A stretch of 39,585 bases of DNA, taken from the NCBI GenBank assembly GCA_964403735.1, contig CAYOHN010000002.1:1-39585 (forward strand), in the 5' to 3' direction. Source of the DNA: an uncultured Spirochaetales bacterium. GTDB taxonomy: Bacteria > Myxococcota_A > UBA9160 > PR03. Positions within the stretch are counted from its first letter, which is position 1; each line of letters begins with the position of its first letter. Made by a program: the position numbers and the translations under genes. Below the pieces are notes generated by a model. The model saw nothing but the letters and a program-made list of their open reading frames with translations. It ran no database searches and was not told the origin of the DNA. Positions 25,712-35,018 of the stretch are shown one piece after another.

Positions 25712-26949
25712 ATCATCAATCGAAGCGCGCCGAGCCGTTGCCGCGCCTCGCCGCAGGGAGCCTGGGCGAGCGCCTGCAGGTGATGCCCGCGGTGGTCGTG
25801 ACGGGGGCCCGGCAGACCGGAAAGAGCACCCTGGTCCAGGCGATCGCGCCCGGTCGCCGTCGACGGTACGCGTCGCTCGACGACCTCGACGTGATGGATG
25901 CCGCGCGCCGCGATCCGGAGGCGCTCGTGGGCGGCACCCAGCCGGTGACCCTCGACGAGGTGCAGCGGGAGCCCGACCTGCTGCGGGCCGTGAAGCGCGC
26001 GATCGACCGGCGGCGACGACCGGGTCGCTTCCTGCTCACGGGATCGGCGAACCTCCTGCTGATGCGGCAGGTCTCGGAGTCGCTGGCTGGCCGAGCGAGC
26101 TACCTGACCCTCTGGCCCATGACGCGGCGCGAGCAGCAGGGTCTCGGGCGGGCAGGTCTGTGGGACGAGCTCCTCGGCTCCCGCGACGAGGAGTGGCTGG
26201 ACCTGCTCGCGGCAGAGCCCGACGCACCGGAAGACTGGCGCCCGCTCGCGCGCCGGGGAGGCTTCCCGACCCCGGCCGTGCACCTCGGGTCGGCCCGCGA
26301 GCGCGCGATCTGGTTCGACGGCTACGTGCGCACCTATCTCGAGCGCGATCTCCAGGAGCTGTCTTCCATCAGCGCGCTGCCGGACTTCCGGCGCCTGATG
26401 CGCGCGGCCTGTGCGCGCCTTGGCCAGCTTCTCAACCAGACCGAGCTCGGCCGTGACGTCGGCCTCCCGCAGCCCACGGTCCACCGCTGGCTCAACCTGC
26501 TCGAGACCTCCTACCTGCTCGCGCGTCTGCCGGCCTACGCGGTGAACCGAACCAAGCGGCTGATCAAGTCGCCGAAGCTCTACTGGGGCGACACCGGAGT
26601 GGCCCTCCACCTGGCGGCCGGAGCCGAACCAGGCGGCGCTCATCTCGAGAACCTCGTGCTCGCCGACCTGCTCGCCTGGCGAGACGCCCGCCTCGACCCC
26701 GCGGAGCTGTTCTACTGGCGCACGGCCATCGGCGAGGAAGTGGACCTGGTGATCGAGTCCGGCGGGCGGCTCCTGCCGATCGAGATCAAGGCCTCGGCCC
26801 GCCCCCGTCTCGCCGACGCGGCGCATCTCCGCAGTTTCCGGAGCGAGTACGGCAAGGCCGCGCGCGCGGCGCTGCTGCTGCACACGGGAACGAAGCTCGA
26901 GTGGCTGGCGCCCGACGTGCTCGCCGCGCCCTGGTGGCGGGTGGTGTGA
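25708..26949 (+). CDS. AAA-type ATPase with DUF4143 C-terminal domain
   Basis: ORF 25690-26949. ATG 25708 is preferred because the first 6 codons are palindrome-encoded and AT-rich. Walker A is VVVTGARQTGKSTL. Also RFLLTGSANLLL, FPTP, YVRTYLERDL and a DUF4143-like tail (FYWRTAIGEEVDLVIE). Confidence 0.85.
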   Translation: MDHQSKRAEPLPRLAAGSLGERLQVMPAVVVTGARQTGKSTLVQAIAPGRRRRYASLDDLDVMDAARRDPEALVGGTQPVTLDEVQREPDLLRAVKRAIDRRRRPGRFLLTGSANLLLMRQVSESLAGRASYLTLWPMTRREQQGLGRAGLWDELLGSRDEEWLDLLAAEPDAPEDWRPLARRGGFPTPAVHLGSARERAIWFDGYVRTYLERDLQELSSISALPDFRRLMRAACARLGQLLNQTELGRDVGLPQPTVHRWLNLLETSYLLARLPAYAVNRTKRLIKSPKLYWGDTGVALHLAAGAEPGGAHLENLVLADLLAWRDARLDPAELFYWRTAIGEEVDLVIESGGRLLPIEIKASARPRLADAAHLRSFRSEYGKAARAALLLHTGTKLEWLAPDVLAAPWWRVV

Positions 26950-27034
26950 GGACCGTCGCGCTCTTCGACATCGAAGGAGATGCCCGCGTGACTGCGCTCG
27001 GCACTTGCGATCGACTCGGACCACCGATCGAGGG

Positions 27035-27290
27035 ACTGGCACCACGCCGGCCGATTGCCCGCCGGATCCGGCGCGAGTACGGTAACCCTGCCTGAGCAAC
27101 GATCAGACCGACCGCCGATGCGCCGCATCGGCACTTCCCGGAGCCCCGCGATGCGCGTGAAGACAGACGCACGCGGCGTCGCCGACTCCGCCCGCCACGC
27201 CGCCCGCTCCGCCCGCCCCACGGATCTGCGCGTCGCGGTCATCGGCGCTGGCATGTCCGGGCTGCTCGCGGCGATCGAGTTCGAGTGCGC
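27035..27290 (+). repeat. duplicate of the monooxygenase upstream region plus its first ~57 codons (partner 34770-35018)
   Basis: Alignable by eye to 34770-35018, with most positions identical and one 12-nt indel (SARHAARSARP versus SARSARP). Includes the palindrome ccgatgcgccgcatcgg (27115-27131). Encodes MRVKTDARGVADSAR..DLRVAVIGAGMSGLLAAIEFE, then breaks off. Confidence 0.75.
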
Positions 27291-27600
27291 GACGTTCCAT
27301 CGTGTCTTCGCGGAGAGCTTCAGCTCGCTTGCGAGCCAGGCCATCCACTCGTCGAGTGCGGCGGAGTCGATCTCGTGCACGCTGCGACGCGCCCACCGAA
27401 CCGCGGTGTGACCATCCGGTACGCACCAGCGCTTCAGCTCGGCGACATAGCCGGCGCTCCGCTCACCCGACTCCACGCGCTCGCGCATGCGATGCAGCCA
27501 GCGCTCGAGTCAGCGATCGACGCGGTGTGCGGAAGAAGTGGCGGGCAGCCAGCGGTCGATGGCGGCTCGCAGATCGACGCCTTGCGCGACCAGTGCCCGA
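27285..27600 (-). pseudogene. tyrosine-recombinase (integrase) N-terminal SAM-like domain remnant
   Basis: Reads ALVAQGVDLRAAIDRWLPATSSAHRVDR*, then (next frame) LERWLHRMRERVESGERSAGYVAELKRWCVPDGHTAVRWARRSVHEIDSAALDEWMAWLASELKLSAKTRWNV. There is a stop plus frame change before LERWL, and no catalytic domain. Family call is tentative. Confidence 0.35.
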
Positions 27601-27727
27601 TTCCGCCGCACCCGTCGTGGATACGTCGAGCGAGGTCCGGAACAACGCGGCCGACGACGAGTACTACGAGATCCGTGTCCCGACTCGATCCGGCGCCCGC
27701 TGATCGACCCGGCCCGATCGGAAGCGG

Positions 27728-28237
27728 GTGCTTCGCCGTCATGGCGACATGGCGACGCGAGACCGCGCTTCTCGACGTCGCGCGCTCCTCCAGCGATTCC
27801 GAAAGCGCGTCGAGGCTCCGGGCGTACTTCCTGCTCGAGATCCCGCAGGCGACCGCGTCGAGCGTGTGGCGATCCATCGGATCCCGGCTCGAGGCGAAGG
27901 CGAAGCTCGGAAGCCCGAGCTCCTCGCCCTCGATGCTCCGAACCCGGGGCCGGGGAATCGGAATCCGGCGGCCTACGAGCGTCACCTCGCTGCGCGTCGT
28001 CCCGGCCCGGCCGGCACTGCGTTCCGGGTCCAGCTTCCGGCGGGGGCCGCAGGGATCTTCGCGGTCCTGCTCCAGCACCGCGAACAGAACGGGCTGCCCG
28101 GCCTCGACGCAGAGATCGAAGAACGAGTTCTCGATCTTCACGAAGGCTCCCCGCAACGGCAGCGGGGTCTTCACGTTCGTCGTCCTCGGAGAATCGACGA
28201 GTTGGAGCTGTGCGGGCTTCCTGGCATACTTCGTCAT
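27728..28237 (-). mobile_element. IS256-family (mutator-type) transposase gene, N-terminal 170 codons only
   Basis: ATG 28237 gives MTKYARKPAQ..FFDLCVEAGQPVLFAVLEQDREDPCGPRRKLDPERSAGRAGTTRSEVTLVGRRIPIPRPRVRSIEGEELGLPSFAF..VACGISSRKYARSL..SRSAVSRRHV. The DDE catalytic part (about 230 aa) is missing. No terminal inverted repeats identified. Confidence 0.65.
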
Positions 28238-28469
28238 GGCAGTTGCTTCGTGGTGTAGAGACCCCCTCCGCACCGCACGGAGGGTGAAGGAGCCGCCGCT
28301 CTACTTTCCTAGAGGATCAATCGGGGCGGGGACATCCCCGCCGGGCTGGATGACTCCGGTTGATGACTCTGGTCAAGCAGGTATCCCCATCCTCCAAAAT
28401 CCGGTCCACCCGGACTATGCTGACCGCAACCAGGGCGTCCGACCTTGGTGTGTGCGCTGGCGGGCTTCG

Positions 28470-30080
28470 ATGGCATCGGCACAGATGCACTTGGAAGGGT
28501 CCTGGGCGTTCGACGCTGTAGGTGCGGGCGTCGCCGCGTCGCTTACACGCGGGCTCGCGCTCTCCGCCCTCTCGGGCGGGCTCTACGGGCTCTCCCTGAC
28601 TCTCGAATCCCCGTGGATGCGTGCGCCCCTCGGGCTCGTCTCGCTGGCGCCGCTGCTCGTGGCCATCGTGCGACTGCCACCCTTCCGGGCAGCCATCGCG
28701 GCCGCGGCGTGGACCGTGGTCGCCACTACCGTGGTGGCTTCATGGTTCCCTTCGACGCTCCAGCACTACTTCGGACTCTCGCTGACCCAGGCGGCCGTCG
28801 GGTTCGCATTGCTGACGCTGGTCGTGAACGCGCCCCCCTATCTCGTCTGGGCGGTCTGGCTCTCGTGGCGCACGCGACATGGGCCGGTGTCGCCCCTCGT
28901 CATAGGTGCCGGCTTCCTGCTCGCAGAGACTGCGCGCGCGGTCGGGATCGTGCCGAATCCATACGCGCTGCTCGGCTCGAGCCAGGTCGGCTCACCCACG
29001 GCCCAGTTGGCGGAGTGGATCGGCGGGTTCGGGCTGGGCGGCCTGGCCGCGGCAGTCAGTGCGGCCATCGCCGGTCTCGTCTGTCCGGTGCTCCGCGGCG
29101 CGCGACCGCTGCGGGATGGGGGCGTCGTGTGCGCGGCAACGCTCTTCGCGCTCGGGTTCGGCATCGCGAGGCTGGACGACGAGCCGGCTCGGGATGCGGA
29201 TTTCGTCCGCGTGGGGGTCATCCAGCCGGGCTTCGCGCCGGCTCGCGGGGTCGCGCCGGCGGACGACCGCGTGGCGACCCAGATCGCTCTGAGCCGCATC
29301 GCGTTGGCGGCCCATCCCGATCTGCTCTTCTGGCCCGAGCACGCGGTGGCCTTCTATCCGCGCGAGGCGTCCGCCGCGCGGGCTACGTTTCTCGCCGAGG
29401 CGGGCACGCTCGGGACCGACCTCGTCTTCGGTGCGCCGCACTACCGCAATGGCGAACCCGAGCCCGACTACTACGCCTCGCTGTTCTTGATGCGCGACGG
29501 CCGTCTGGCGGGGCGCACCGACAAGCGCTCGCTCGTGCCCTTTGCCGAGTACGACCCCCTCGGAGGCCTGCTGCCCGTCGAGACGGCCGGCTACCGGTCG
29601 GGGGATTCGTTTCGACCGCTCGAGGCTAGGGCCGCTCGCGTCGGCGGCTTCCTGTGCGGCGAGGTGCTCTTCCCCGCCGTGGCGCGCGAGCTGAGCCTCG
29701 CCGGCGCGACGGTGCTTGCGAATCCATCGAATGACGGCTGGTTCACGGCCGAGCAGCCGGCGCGTCACCAGATCTGGGCTGCACGAATGAGGGCCATCGA
29801 GAATCGCCGCCCCGTGGTCCGCTCCGCGGCGAACGGCTACTCGGCCGTGATCGACGACAGGGGCAGGATCGTCGAGCTGAGCGGCCGCGGTACCGCAGAG
29901 ATCCTCGCCGCAGACATCCGCCCTTCCCGACTGACGACGCTCTACCAGCGCCACCCACACGCCCTGCTCTGGGCGGCTCTCCTTGCCGTCGCGGGATCCT
30001 GCACGACCGCAGCTCGCGTCTCCCAACGCGCCACCGGATCCGCCCGGATCCGATCCATCCCGAAAGGACGCCTCTCATGA
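28470..30080 (+). CDS. lnt: apolipoprotein N-acyltransferase
   Basis: Last 536 codons of ORF 27285-30080 (ATG 28470; alternative 28485). Multi-TM N-domain, then CN-hydrolase with LLFWPEHAV (Glu), DKRSLVPFAEY (Lys) and FLCGEVLF (Cys). Confidence 0.85.
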   Translation: MASAQMHLEGSWAFDAVGAGVAASLTRGLALSALSGGLYGLSLTLESPWMRAPLGLVSLAPLLVAIVRLPPFRAAIAAAAWTVVATTVVASWFPSTLQHYFGLSLTQAAVGFALLTLVVNAPPYLVWAVWLSWRTRHGPVSPLVIGAGFLLAETARAVGIVPNPYALLGSSQVGSPTAQLAEWIGGFGLGGLAAAVSAAIAGLVCPVLRGARPLRDGGVVCAATLFALGFGIARLDDEPARDADFVRVGVIQPGFAPARGVAPADDRVATQIALSRIALAAHPDLLFWPEHAVAFYPREASAARATFLAEAGTLGTDLVFGAPHYRNGEPEPDYYASLFLMRDGRLAGRTDKRSLVPFAEYDPLGGLLPVETAGYRSGDSFRPLEARAARVGGFLCGEVLFPAVARELSLAGATVLANPSNDGWFTAEQPARHQIWAARMRAIENRRPVVRSAANGYSAVIDDRGRIVELSGRGTAEILAADIRPSRLTTLYQRHPHALLWAALLAVAGSCTTAARVSQRATGSARIRSIPKGRLS

Positions 30081-31105
30081 CGATGCTCGAACGAGTTCTT
30101 CCCGCGCCGGCGCCGCGCCGCGCCCGCGCCGGCGCCGCCGGTGCCCGTGCGATCGGTCTCTCGAGGAACGCCGGCCGAGTTGCGCTGCTCGCGCTGGCTG
30201 TGCTGGTCGCCATGCTCTCGCTCACCACGGCACGCGACGCTCTCGCGGCCTCACCGGGACCAGCGGCCCGCCAGGGCACGCTCGGTCTCGGCAGCTGCAT
30301 GGGCGGCTCCCTCGATGGCGAGACCTGCGTCGACGACGGCGACTGCCACGACGGCAGCGCCGGCGGCGGTGGCAGCCTCTGCAGCTCGAGCCTGGTGGCT
30401 CTCGAGATTCGCGGCTTTCTGACGATCGTCTCGGACAAGGACTCGGGCCGCTTCGAGAGCGTCGACACCGTTCCCCACGTCGCCCTGCAGAGCTGCTCGG
30501 ACGGCCCCTTTCGAGGTCAGTCCTGTACGAAGAACAGCGACTGCCGCACGCCCGAGGTCGACACGGCCGTGTGTCGGACGGACCAGGTACCCGCCGACTT
30601 CTCGAAGTCGACGCTCACCTTGATCCTCGAGTTCTCGCGCGATGGTCAGGCATACACCTACGCCGAGACCTACAAGGATCTCGGCGACTATGTCGATGCC
30701 GATTTCGGCATCGACTGCCAGGGTTTCTGCGTACCAGCAGGTCTGCCGGGCAGCGTGGGGTGGCGTGAGGCTGCCGTAGAGGCACGCATCGCGACCGACG
30801 ACGAGGGTGACGATTCGGGTGCCGGAGGCGGCGGCAGCGACGGTGGCGGCACCGGCAGCGGCGGGGGCGGCGGCGGGCGCGCGGGCGGCGAGGGCATCCG
30901 CATCCAGTGGGCCCAGGCTCCGCCCGCGATCGCCGCCGCCCTGATTGCCGACCTCGGCCTTCCGGCGGACTCGATTCCGTTCCTCCAGTTCGTCGACACC
31001 GTCGGTATCGTGGACCGCTCGGCCGAGGACGACCCGCTGGCCACCGTACGCCGGACCAAGGTGACGATTCGCGCCGTCGCGCCGCCGGCGCCGGCGGCAC
31101 CGTAG
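30077..31105 (+). CDS. secreted hypothetical protein with two Cys-rich motifs and a Gly/Asp-rich linker
   Basis: ATG 30077 overlaps the lnt stop (ATGA), with AAGGA 8 nt upstream. Leader is ..VALLALAVLVAMLSLTTARDALA. SCMGGSLDGETCVDDGDCHDG and SCSDGPFRGQSCTKNSDCRTPEVDTAVC, then DDEGDDSGAGGGGSDGGGTGSGGGGGGRAGGEG. Confidence 0.75.
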   Translation: MTMLERVLPAPAPRRARAGAAGARAIGLSRNAGRVALLALAVLVAMLSLTTARDALAASPGPAARQGTLGLGSCMGGSLDGETCVDDGDCHDGSAGGGGSLCSSSLVALEIRGFLTIVSDKDSGRFESVDTVPHVALQSCSDGPFRGQSCTKNSDCRTPEVDTAVCRTDQVPADFSKSTLTLILEFSRDGQAYTYAETYKDLGDYVDADFGIDCQGFCVPAGLPGSVGWREAAVEARIATDDEGDDSGAGGGGSDGGGTGSGGGGGGRAGGEGIRIQWAQAPPAIAAALIADLGLPADSIPFLQFVDTVGIVDRSAEDDPLATVRRTKVTIRAVAPPAPAAP

Positions 31106-31116
31106 GAGAAGTGCGC

Positions 31117-33534
31117 GTGCGCCGGCCCGCTTGGACCCTGCGCGACGCCGTGCTCTTCTGGAGCGTGCTCGGGGTGTGCGCCACGGCGTACCTCGCACAC
31201 CTCGACGCGCTGGCCTCGGGACATCTCGCATGGCCGCCAGTCACATTCACGGCCGCCAGGCCGAACCAGCCGCCGCGGGTGGCGTTCGTTCGGCCCGACG
31301 CCCCCGAATCGCTGCGGACGGAGCTGGAACCGGGCCACGCCGTAGCCGCGCTGCAGGGTCGGTCGTTGCGCGGCGAAGGCGGACTCGAGGCGGCGCTGCT
31401 GCTCTACGCCGAGGCCGCGCGGGCGACCCAGGGTCGGCTCGCGCTCGAGCGCGTGAAACCCGGCGGACGGCACGCCCGCGTCGAGGCCACGCTGGTCCCG
31501 ATTCCGCACGCTTGGCGCGCATCGGCTCTCGCGCTCTCGTTCCTCGCTGTCGGAGCGCTCACGTATCGCCGCGCGACGCGACATCCGGCGGCCCGTCTCT
31601 TCTTCCTGGCCGCCGCGGGCTACGCGCTGCACTGGTCCTACTTCTTCGGCGGCGGCGACCCCGCCCGAAACGCGCTGGCGATCGCGGTGTTCGGCCTCGG
31701 CGTGGCGGTGGCGGCGCCGCTCGCACTGCTCTCGGTGCTCGCCCTGCCAGAGGACGTCGCGGCACACGGTCGGAGCGTCCGGCTGCTCGCCTGGGCGTTC
31801 GCGGTGCTCGGGCTCGGTGCGACCACCTGGGGGTTCGGGGGGCCGTTGCCCGCCGCGACAGGCCAGCCCCTCACGGTGGGGACGTCGGTGGTGTTCCTGC
31901 TCTGCCTGGCCGCGCTGCTCGTCGATCGCTGGCGCCGCACCGGGGCCATCGGTCGGCGCAAGCTCAAGTGGATCCTGTGCGGTGGCCTGCTCGCCTTCCT
32001 GCCGCCGGTCTTCGCCGGCCTCGCCGCGGTCGCCAGGCCCGAGTGGGCCTGGTTCTATGAAGTCTCGCTCGTCTCGCTCGTACTGCTCCCCATCGGCGTC
32101 TTCGTCGCCATCGAGCGCGATCACCTATTGGACGTGGATCGATTGCTCAGTGCCACGATGCTCGTGTCGATCCTGGGCGTGGTCCTGCTGGCGGCCGTGA
32201 TCGGCGCGGTGCCGCGCATCGCGTACGCCGCCGACGACTGGATCGATCCCAGGGTGAGTCAGCCCGCGCTGGCCGTGGCCTCGGCGGTCGCCGTGCTGGG
32301 CCTGCACGCCCGCCTGAAGCCCTGGATCCAGGCACGCCTCTTTCCCGAGCGGGAAGCGCTCGAGGCCGGCGCTGCGGAGCTGCGCGGGGACCTTGCGGCG
32401 TGCGAGAAGCCCTCGGAGCTCTTCGATGCACTCGGTGGTGGCCTCGCCCGGCGGCTGCACCTCTCGACCGTCGTGGTCTACGGCCGCGCCCATGACGTCT
32501 TCGCGCCCCTCTTCGATCGGGGCGACGCGATCGCACCCACGTTTGCGGTGGACGGGCCGCTGGCCGAGTTGCTGGTGGACGCACCACGGGTGGTGGATCT
32601 CGGCACGCTCGCTGTGCGCATCGCGGGCGAGCCCGGGGCGCAGGCCGAGCGCGCCGGGCTCGAGTCGATCGGCACGGAGCTGGTGCTCCCGATCGTCTGC
32701 GACGGCGTCCTGGAGGGCGTGGTGTGCCTCGGCGAGAAGCGGTCGGGCGAACGCTTCGACGGCGCCGAGCTGGCGCTGCTCCAGAGCATTGCCGACAAGG
32801 TCGCCGACGAGCTGCGCCGATTCGATCTCGAGCAGGTGCACCGCGAGGAGCGCGAGATGGTGCGGCTGCTGCGAGGCTACGTGCCCGCCGTGGTCGCCGA
32901 GCGATTGGCAAAGCGCGTCGACATGGCGCCGGGCGAGGTCGACGTCACCCTGCTCTTCGTCGACCTTCGCGGCTACACGCGTCTGTCCCAGCAGCACGGG
33001 CCGGCCGCGACCTTCTCGCTCGTCAGTCGCTACACCGATGCGGTTTCCTCGGTGATCGACGACCACGGCGGGGCGGTGGTCGACTTCCAGGGCGACGGCT
33101 TGATGGCCGTGTTCGGCGCACCGGAGCCGCTGGCGCACAAGGAGCGGGCGGCCGTGTCCGCCGCACTCGCCATCGTCGACTGCGTACGCGCCCTCCGCAT
33201 CGACCCGGACGATCCGGCGAGCGGGACGGCGGACCTGGGGATCGGAATCGCCTCGGGCCACGCCTACGCAGGCCCGATCCGTACCGTCGATCGTACGATC
33301 TGGGGGGTGCTCGGCGACACCACCAACCTGGCAGCGCGTCTTCAGACGCTCTCGCGTGAGCTCGACGCCAGCGTGGTCGTCGACGGCGCCACCCACGCCA
33401 GCGCATCCGACCTCATGCAGGGCTTCGTTCGCCACGCCCAAAGACCCATTCCCGGCCGTCACGGCCACATCGACCTGTTCGCCCTGCCGCGGCGACCCGA
33501 TGCGGCGATCCACTTCCAGGAGGACTCGGCATGA
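31117..33534 (+). CDS. membrane sensor class III adenylate/guanylate cyclase (N-terminal TM + PDZ-like region, multi-TM block, GAF, cyclase)
   Basis: GTG 31117 (GGAGA 8 nt upstream; alternative GTG 31111) within ORF 30907-33534. Cyclase motifs VTLLFVDLRGYT, FQGDGLMAVFGAP and GVLGDTTNLAARLQ. GAF-like region is ..STVVVYGR..ELVLPIVCDGVLEGVVCLGEKRSGERFDGAELALLQSIA. Confidence 0.85.
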   Translation: MRRPAWTLRDAVLFWSVLGVCATAYLAHLDALASGHLAWPPVTFTAARPNQPPRVAFVRPDAPESLRTELEPGHAVAALQGRSLRGEGGLEAALLLYAEAARATQGRLALERVKPGGRHARVEATLVPIPHAWRASALALSFLAVGALTYRRATRHPAARLFFLAAAGYALHWSYFFGGGDPARNALAIAVFGLGVAVAAPLALLSVLALPEDVAAHGRSVRLLAWAFAVLGLGATTWGFGGPLPAATGQPLTVGTSVVFLLCLAALLVDRWRRTGAIGRRKLKWILCGGLLAFLPPVFAGLAAVARPEWAWFYEVSLVSLVLLPIGVFVAIERDHLLDVDRLLSATMLVSILGVVLLAAVIGAVPRIAYAADDWIDPRVSQPALAVASAVAVLGLHARLKPWIQARLFPEREALEAGAAELRGDLAACEKPSELFDALGGGLARRLHLSTVVVYGRAHDVFAPLFDRGDAIAPTFAVDGPLAELLVDAPRVVDLGTLAVRIAGEPGAQAERAGLESIGTELVLPIVCDGVLEGVVCLGEKRSGERFDGAELALLQSIADKVADELRRFDLEQVHREEREMVRLLRGYVPAVVAERLAKRVDMAPGEVDVTLLFVDLRGYTRLSQQHGPAATFSLVSRYTDAVSSVIDDHGGAVVDFQGDGLMAVFGAPEPLAHKERAAVSAALAIVDCVRALRIDPDDPASGTADLGIGIASGHAYAGPIRTVDRTIWGVLGDTTNLAARLQTLSRELDASVVVDGATHASASDLMQGFVRHAQRPIPGRHGHIDLFALPRRPDAAIHFQEDSA

Positions 33535-34427
33535 ACCACCTCGGCTTCTTCGCATTCGGCACCGTCACGTTCTTCACGTTGGTGTTCCAGGTCTGCGAGC
33601 GCGAGCCCAACGACCTGCGCCTCGAAGCCACGACGCTGGACGTGCCAGGCCACTTCGAGCGCGGAGTGCTCGCCGTCGGCAATCTGGCCCCCGGCGACGT
33701 CGACCACTTCTCTTTCGAAGCGCACGCGGGCGACGTGATCACCTTGGCGCTGCGCGACGACAGCCAGGGGGAAGTCGCGGATTCCGTCGTCGCCCTCTAC
33801 GGTCCGGCCGGTGACGAGCCGCTCGCATCCGTCGACGACGTGGGCCGGAGCCTGGCGCCCCGGTTCTCCGTGCCCGTCGAGACGTCGGGCCTCCACACGA
33901 TCGCGGTCACGGGCTTCGGAGACGCGCTGCTCGACGGAAGCGGGCACCGCGAACGGTTCGCATACCGCCTGGCCGTCACGCGCTCGCACGAACTCGTCGA
34001 ATACGACCAACGAGGCCGAAACGACGATCCGAGATGGCCGAGTCTGCAGCTGCTCCACCGCGCGCAGCTGCGGCCGCGCGGCGTGGCGGCCGTGGCGGGC
34101 TCGCTCACGCCCGGTGACGTCGACCACTATCTCGTGCCGCTCGTGCCCCATGCCGTCCTCGTCGCGACGATCTACGACGACGCCCAAGGCGAGTTCAACG
34201 ACCCGGTGCTCGTCCTGATGGACCGCGATCTGGAAGTGTTCGCCGCCGACGACGACGCCGGGCCAGGTCGGCTGCCCCGCATCGTCTACCGCACCGGGGA
34301 CAAGCCGGGCGTCGCGCTGCTCGCAGTCGAGGGCTACGACGCCGACGGCGACCCGACGACGCCGCACGAGGAGGATTTTGACTATCGCCTCGTCGTGTCG
34401 GTGGAGGACGCGCTGTCCGCGAGATAG
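33531..34427 (+). CDS. protein with two pre-peptidase C-terminal (PPC)-like domains, hydrophobic leader ending in Cys
   Basis: ATG 33531 overlaps the cyclase stop (ATGA), with AGGAGG 6 nt upstream. MNHLGFFAFGTVTFFTLVFQVC-EREPNDLRLEATTL..GNLAPGDVDHFSFEAHAGDVITL. A second copy is GSLTPGDVDHYLVPLVPHAVLVATIYDD. Confidence 0.8.
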   Translation: MNHLGFFAFGTVTFFTLVFQVCEREPNDLRLEATTLDVPGHFERGVLAVGNLAPGDVDHFSFEAHAGDVITLALRDDSQGEVADSVVALYGPAGDEPLASVDDVGRSLAPRFSVPVETSGLHTIAVTGFGDALLDGSGHRERFAYRLAVTRSHELVEYDQRGRNDDPRWPSLQLLHRAQLRPRGVAAVAGSLTPGDVDHYLVPLVPHAVLVATIYDDAQGEFNDPVLVLMDRDLEVFAADDDAGPGRLPRIVYRTGDKPGVALLAVEGYDADGDPTTPHEEDFDYRLVVSVEDALSAR

Positions 34428-34469
34428 ACGCGGCGATCGGATTCGCTTGCGAGCTTCCTGGTGGCGGTG

Positions 34470-34745
34470 ACCTGCATTCGCGTAGGGGCTCTGCGTGCCC
34501 ACGCCGCCGACCTCGGCGGGCGGCTTCTGCAGGCGGCCGAACTCGTCGTCGCGTGCCGAGCCGAGCATGATCATGTCGCGGCCAAGGGTCAGCTGCGCGT
34601 GCTCGATGCTGTCGCCCTCGCCTTCCACGACCAGATGTCCCTCGAAGCCGGAGGCACGGCACAGCCCGTCGCTGGCGCCGGCGGCGCCGCGGTAGCGCAG
34701 GGTGGGAATGATGTTGGGGTGAGTCCACTCTTGCGTGTCCTGCAT
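34470..34745 (-). pseudogene. glyoxalase/VOC-family gene, N-terminal half only
   Basis: MQDTQEWTHPNIIPTLRYRGAAGASDGLCRASGFEGHLVVEGEGDSIEHAQLTLGRDMIMLGSA... The second beta-alpha-beta-beta-beta half is absent, and the frame runs into the convergent gene ending at 34427. Confidence 0.45.
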
Positions 34746-34769
34746 GGTTCATACCCCGAAGACCGATCT

Positions 34770-35018
34770 TGGGCCTGGCACCACGTCGGCTGATTGCACG
34801 CTGGATCCAACGCAAGTACGATTGGATCGCGCACTGCGTATTGGATCGCCCGCCGATGCGCCGCATCGGCTCCCAAAGGAGTTCCGCGATGCGCGTGAAG
34901 ACAGACGCACGCGGCGTCGCCGACTCCGCCCGCTCCGCTCGCCCGACGGATCTGCGCGTCGCGGTCATCGGCGCCGGCATGTCCGGGATCCTCGCGGCGA
35001 TCGAGCTCGAGCGCGCTG
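34770..35018 (+). repeat. partner copy of the 27035-27290 repeat (native monooxygenase promoter/5' end)
   Basis: See 27035-27290. Contains the perfect 8+1+8 palindrome ccgatgcg-c-cgcatcgg at 34853-34869, 5 nt upstream of the AAGGAG RBS. Confidence 0.75.

Noticed and set aside
27285-28469. First ~395 codons of the 931-aa ORF 27285-30080
   Set aside because: It is antisense to the integrase and IS256 remnants and has no recognisable domains. Lnt similarity and TM helices begin only after ATG 28470.
30780-30900. G-rich tract (ggcggcggc.../gggggcggcggcggg) as a structural or repeat element
   Set aside because: It is in frame and encodes the Gly/Asp/Ser linker of the secreted protein. Nothing indicates a function independent of coding.
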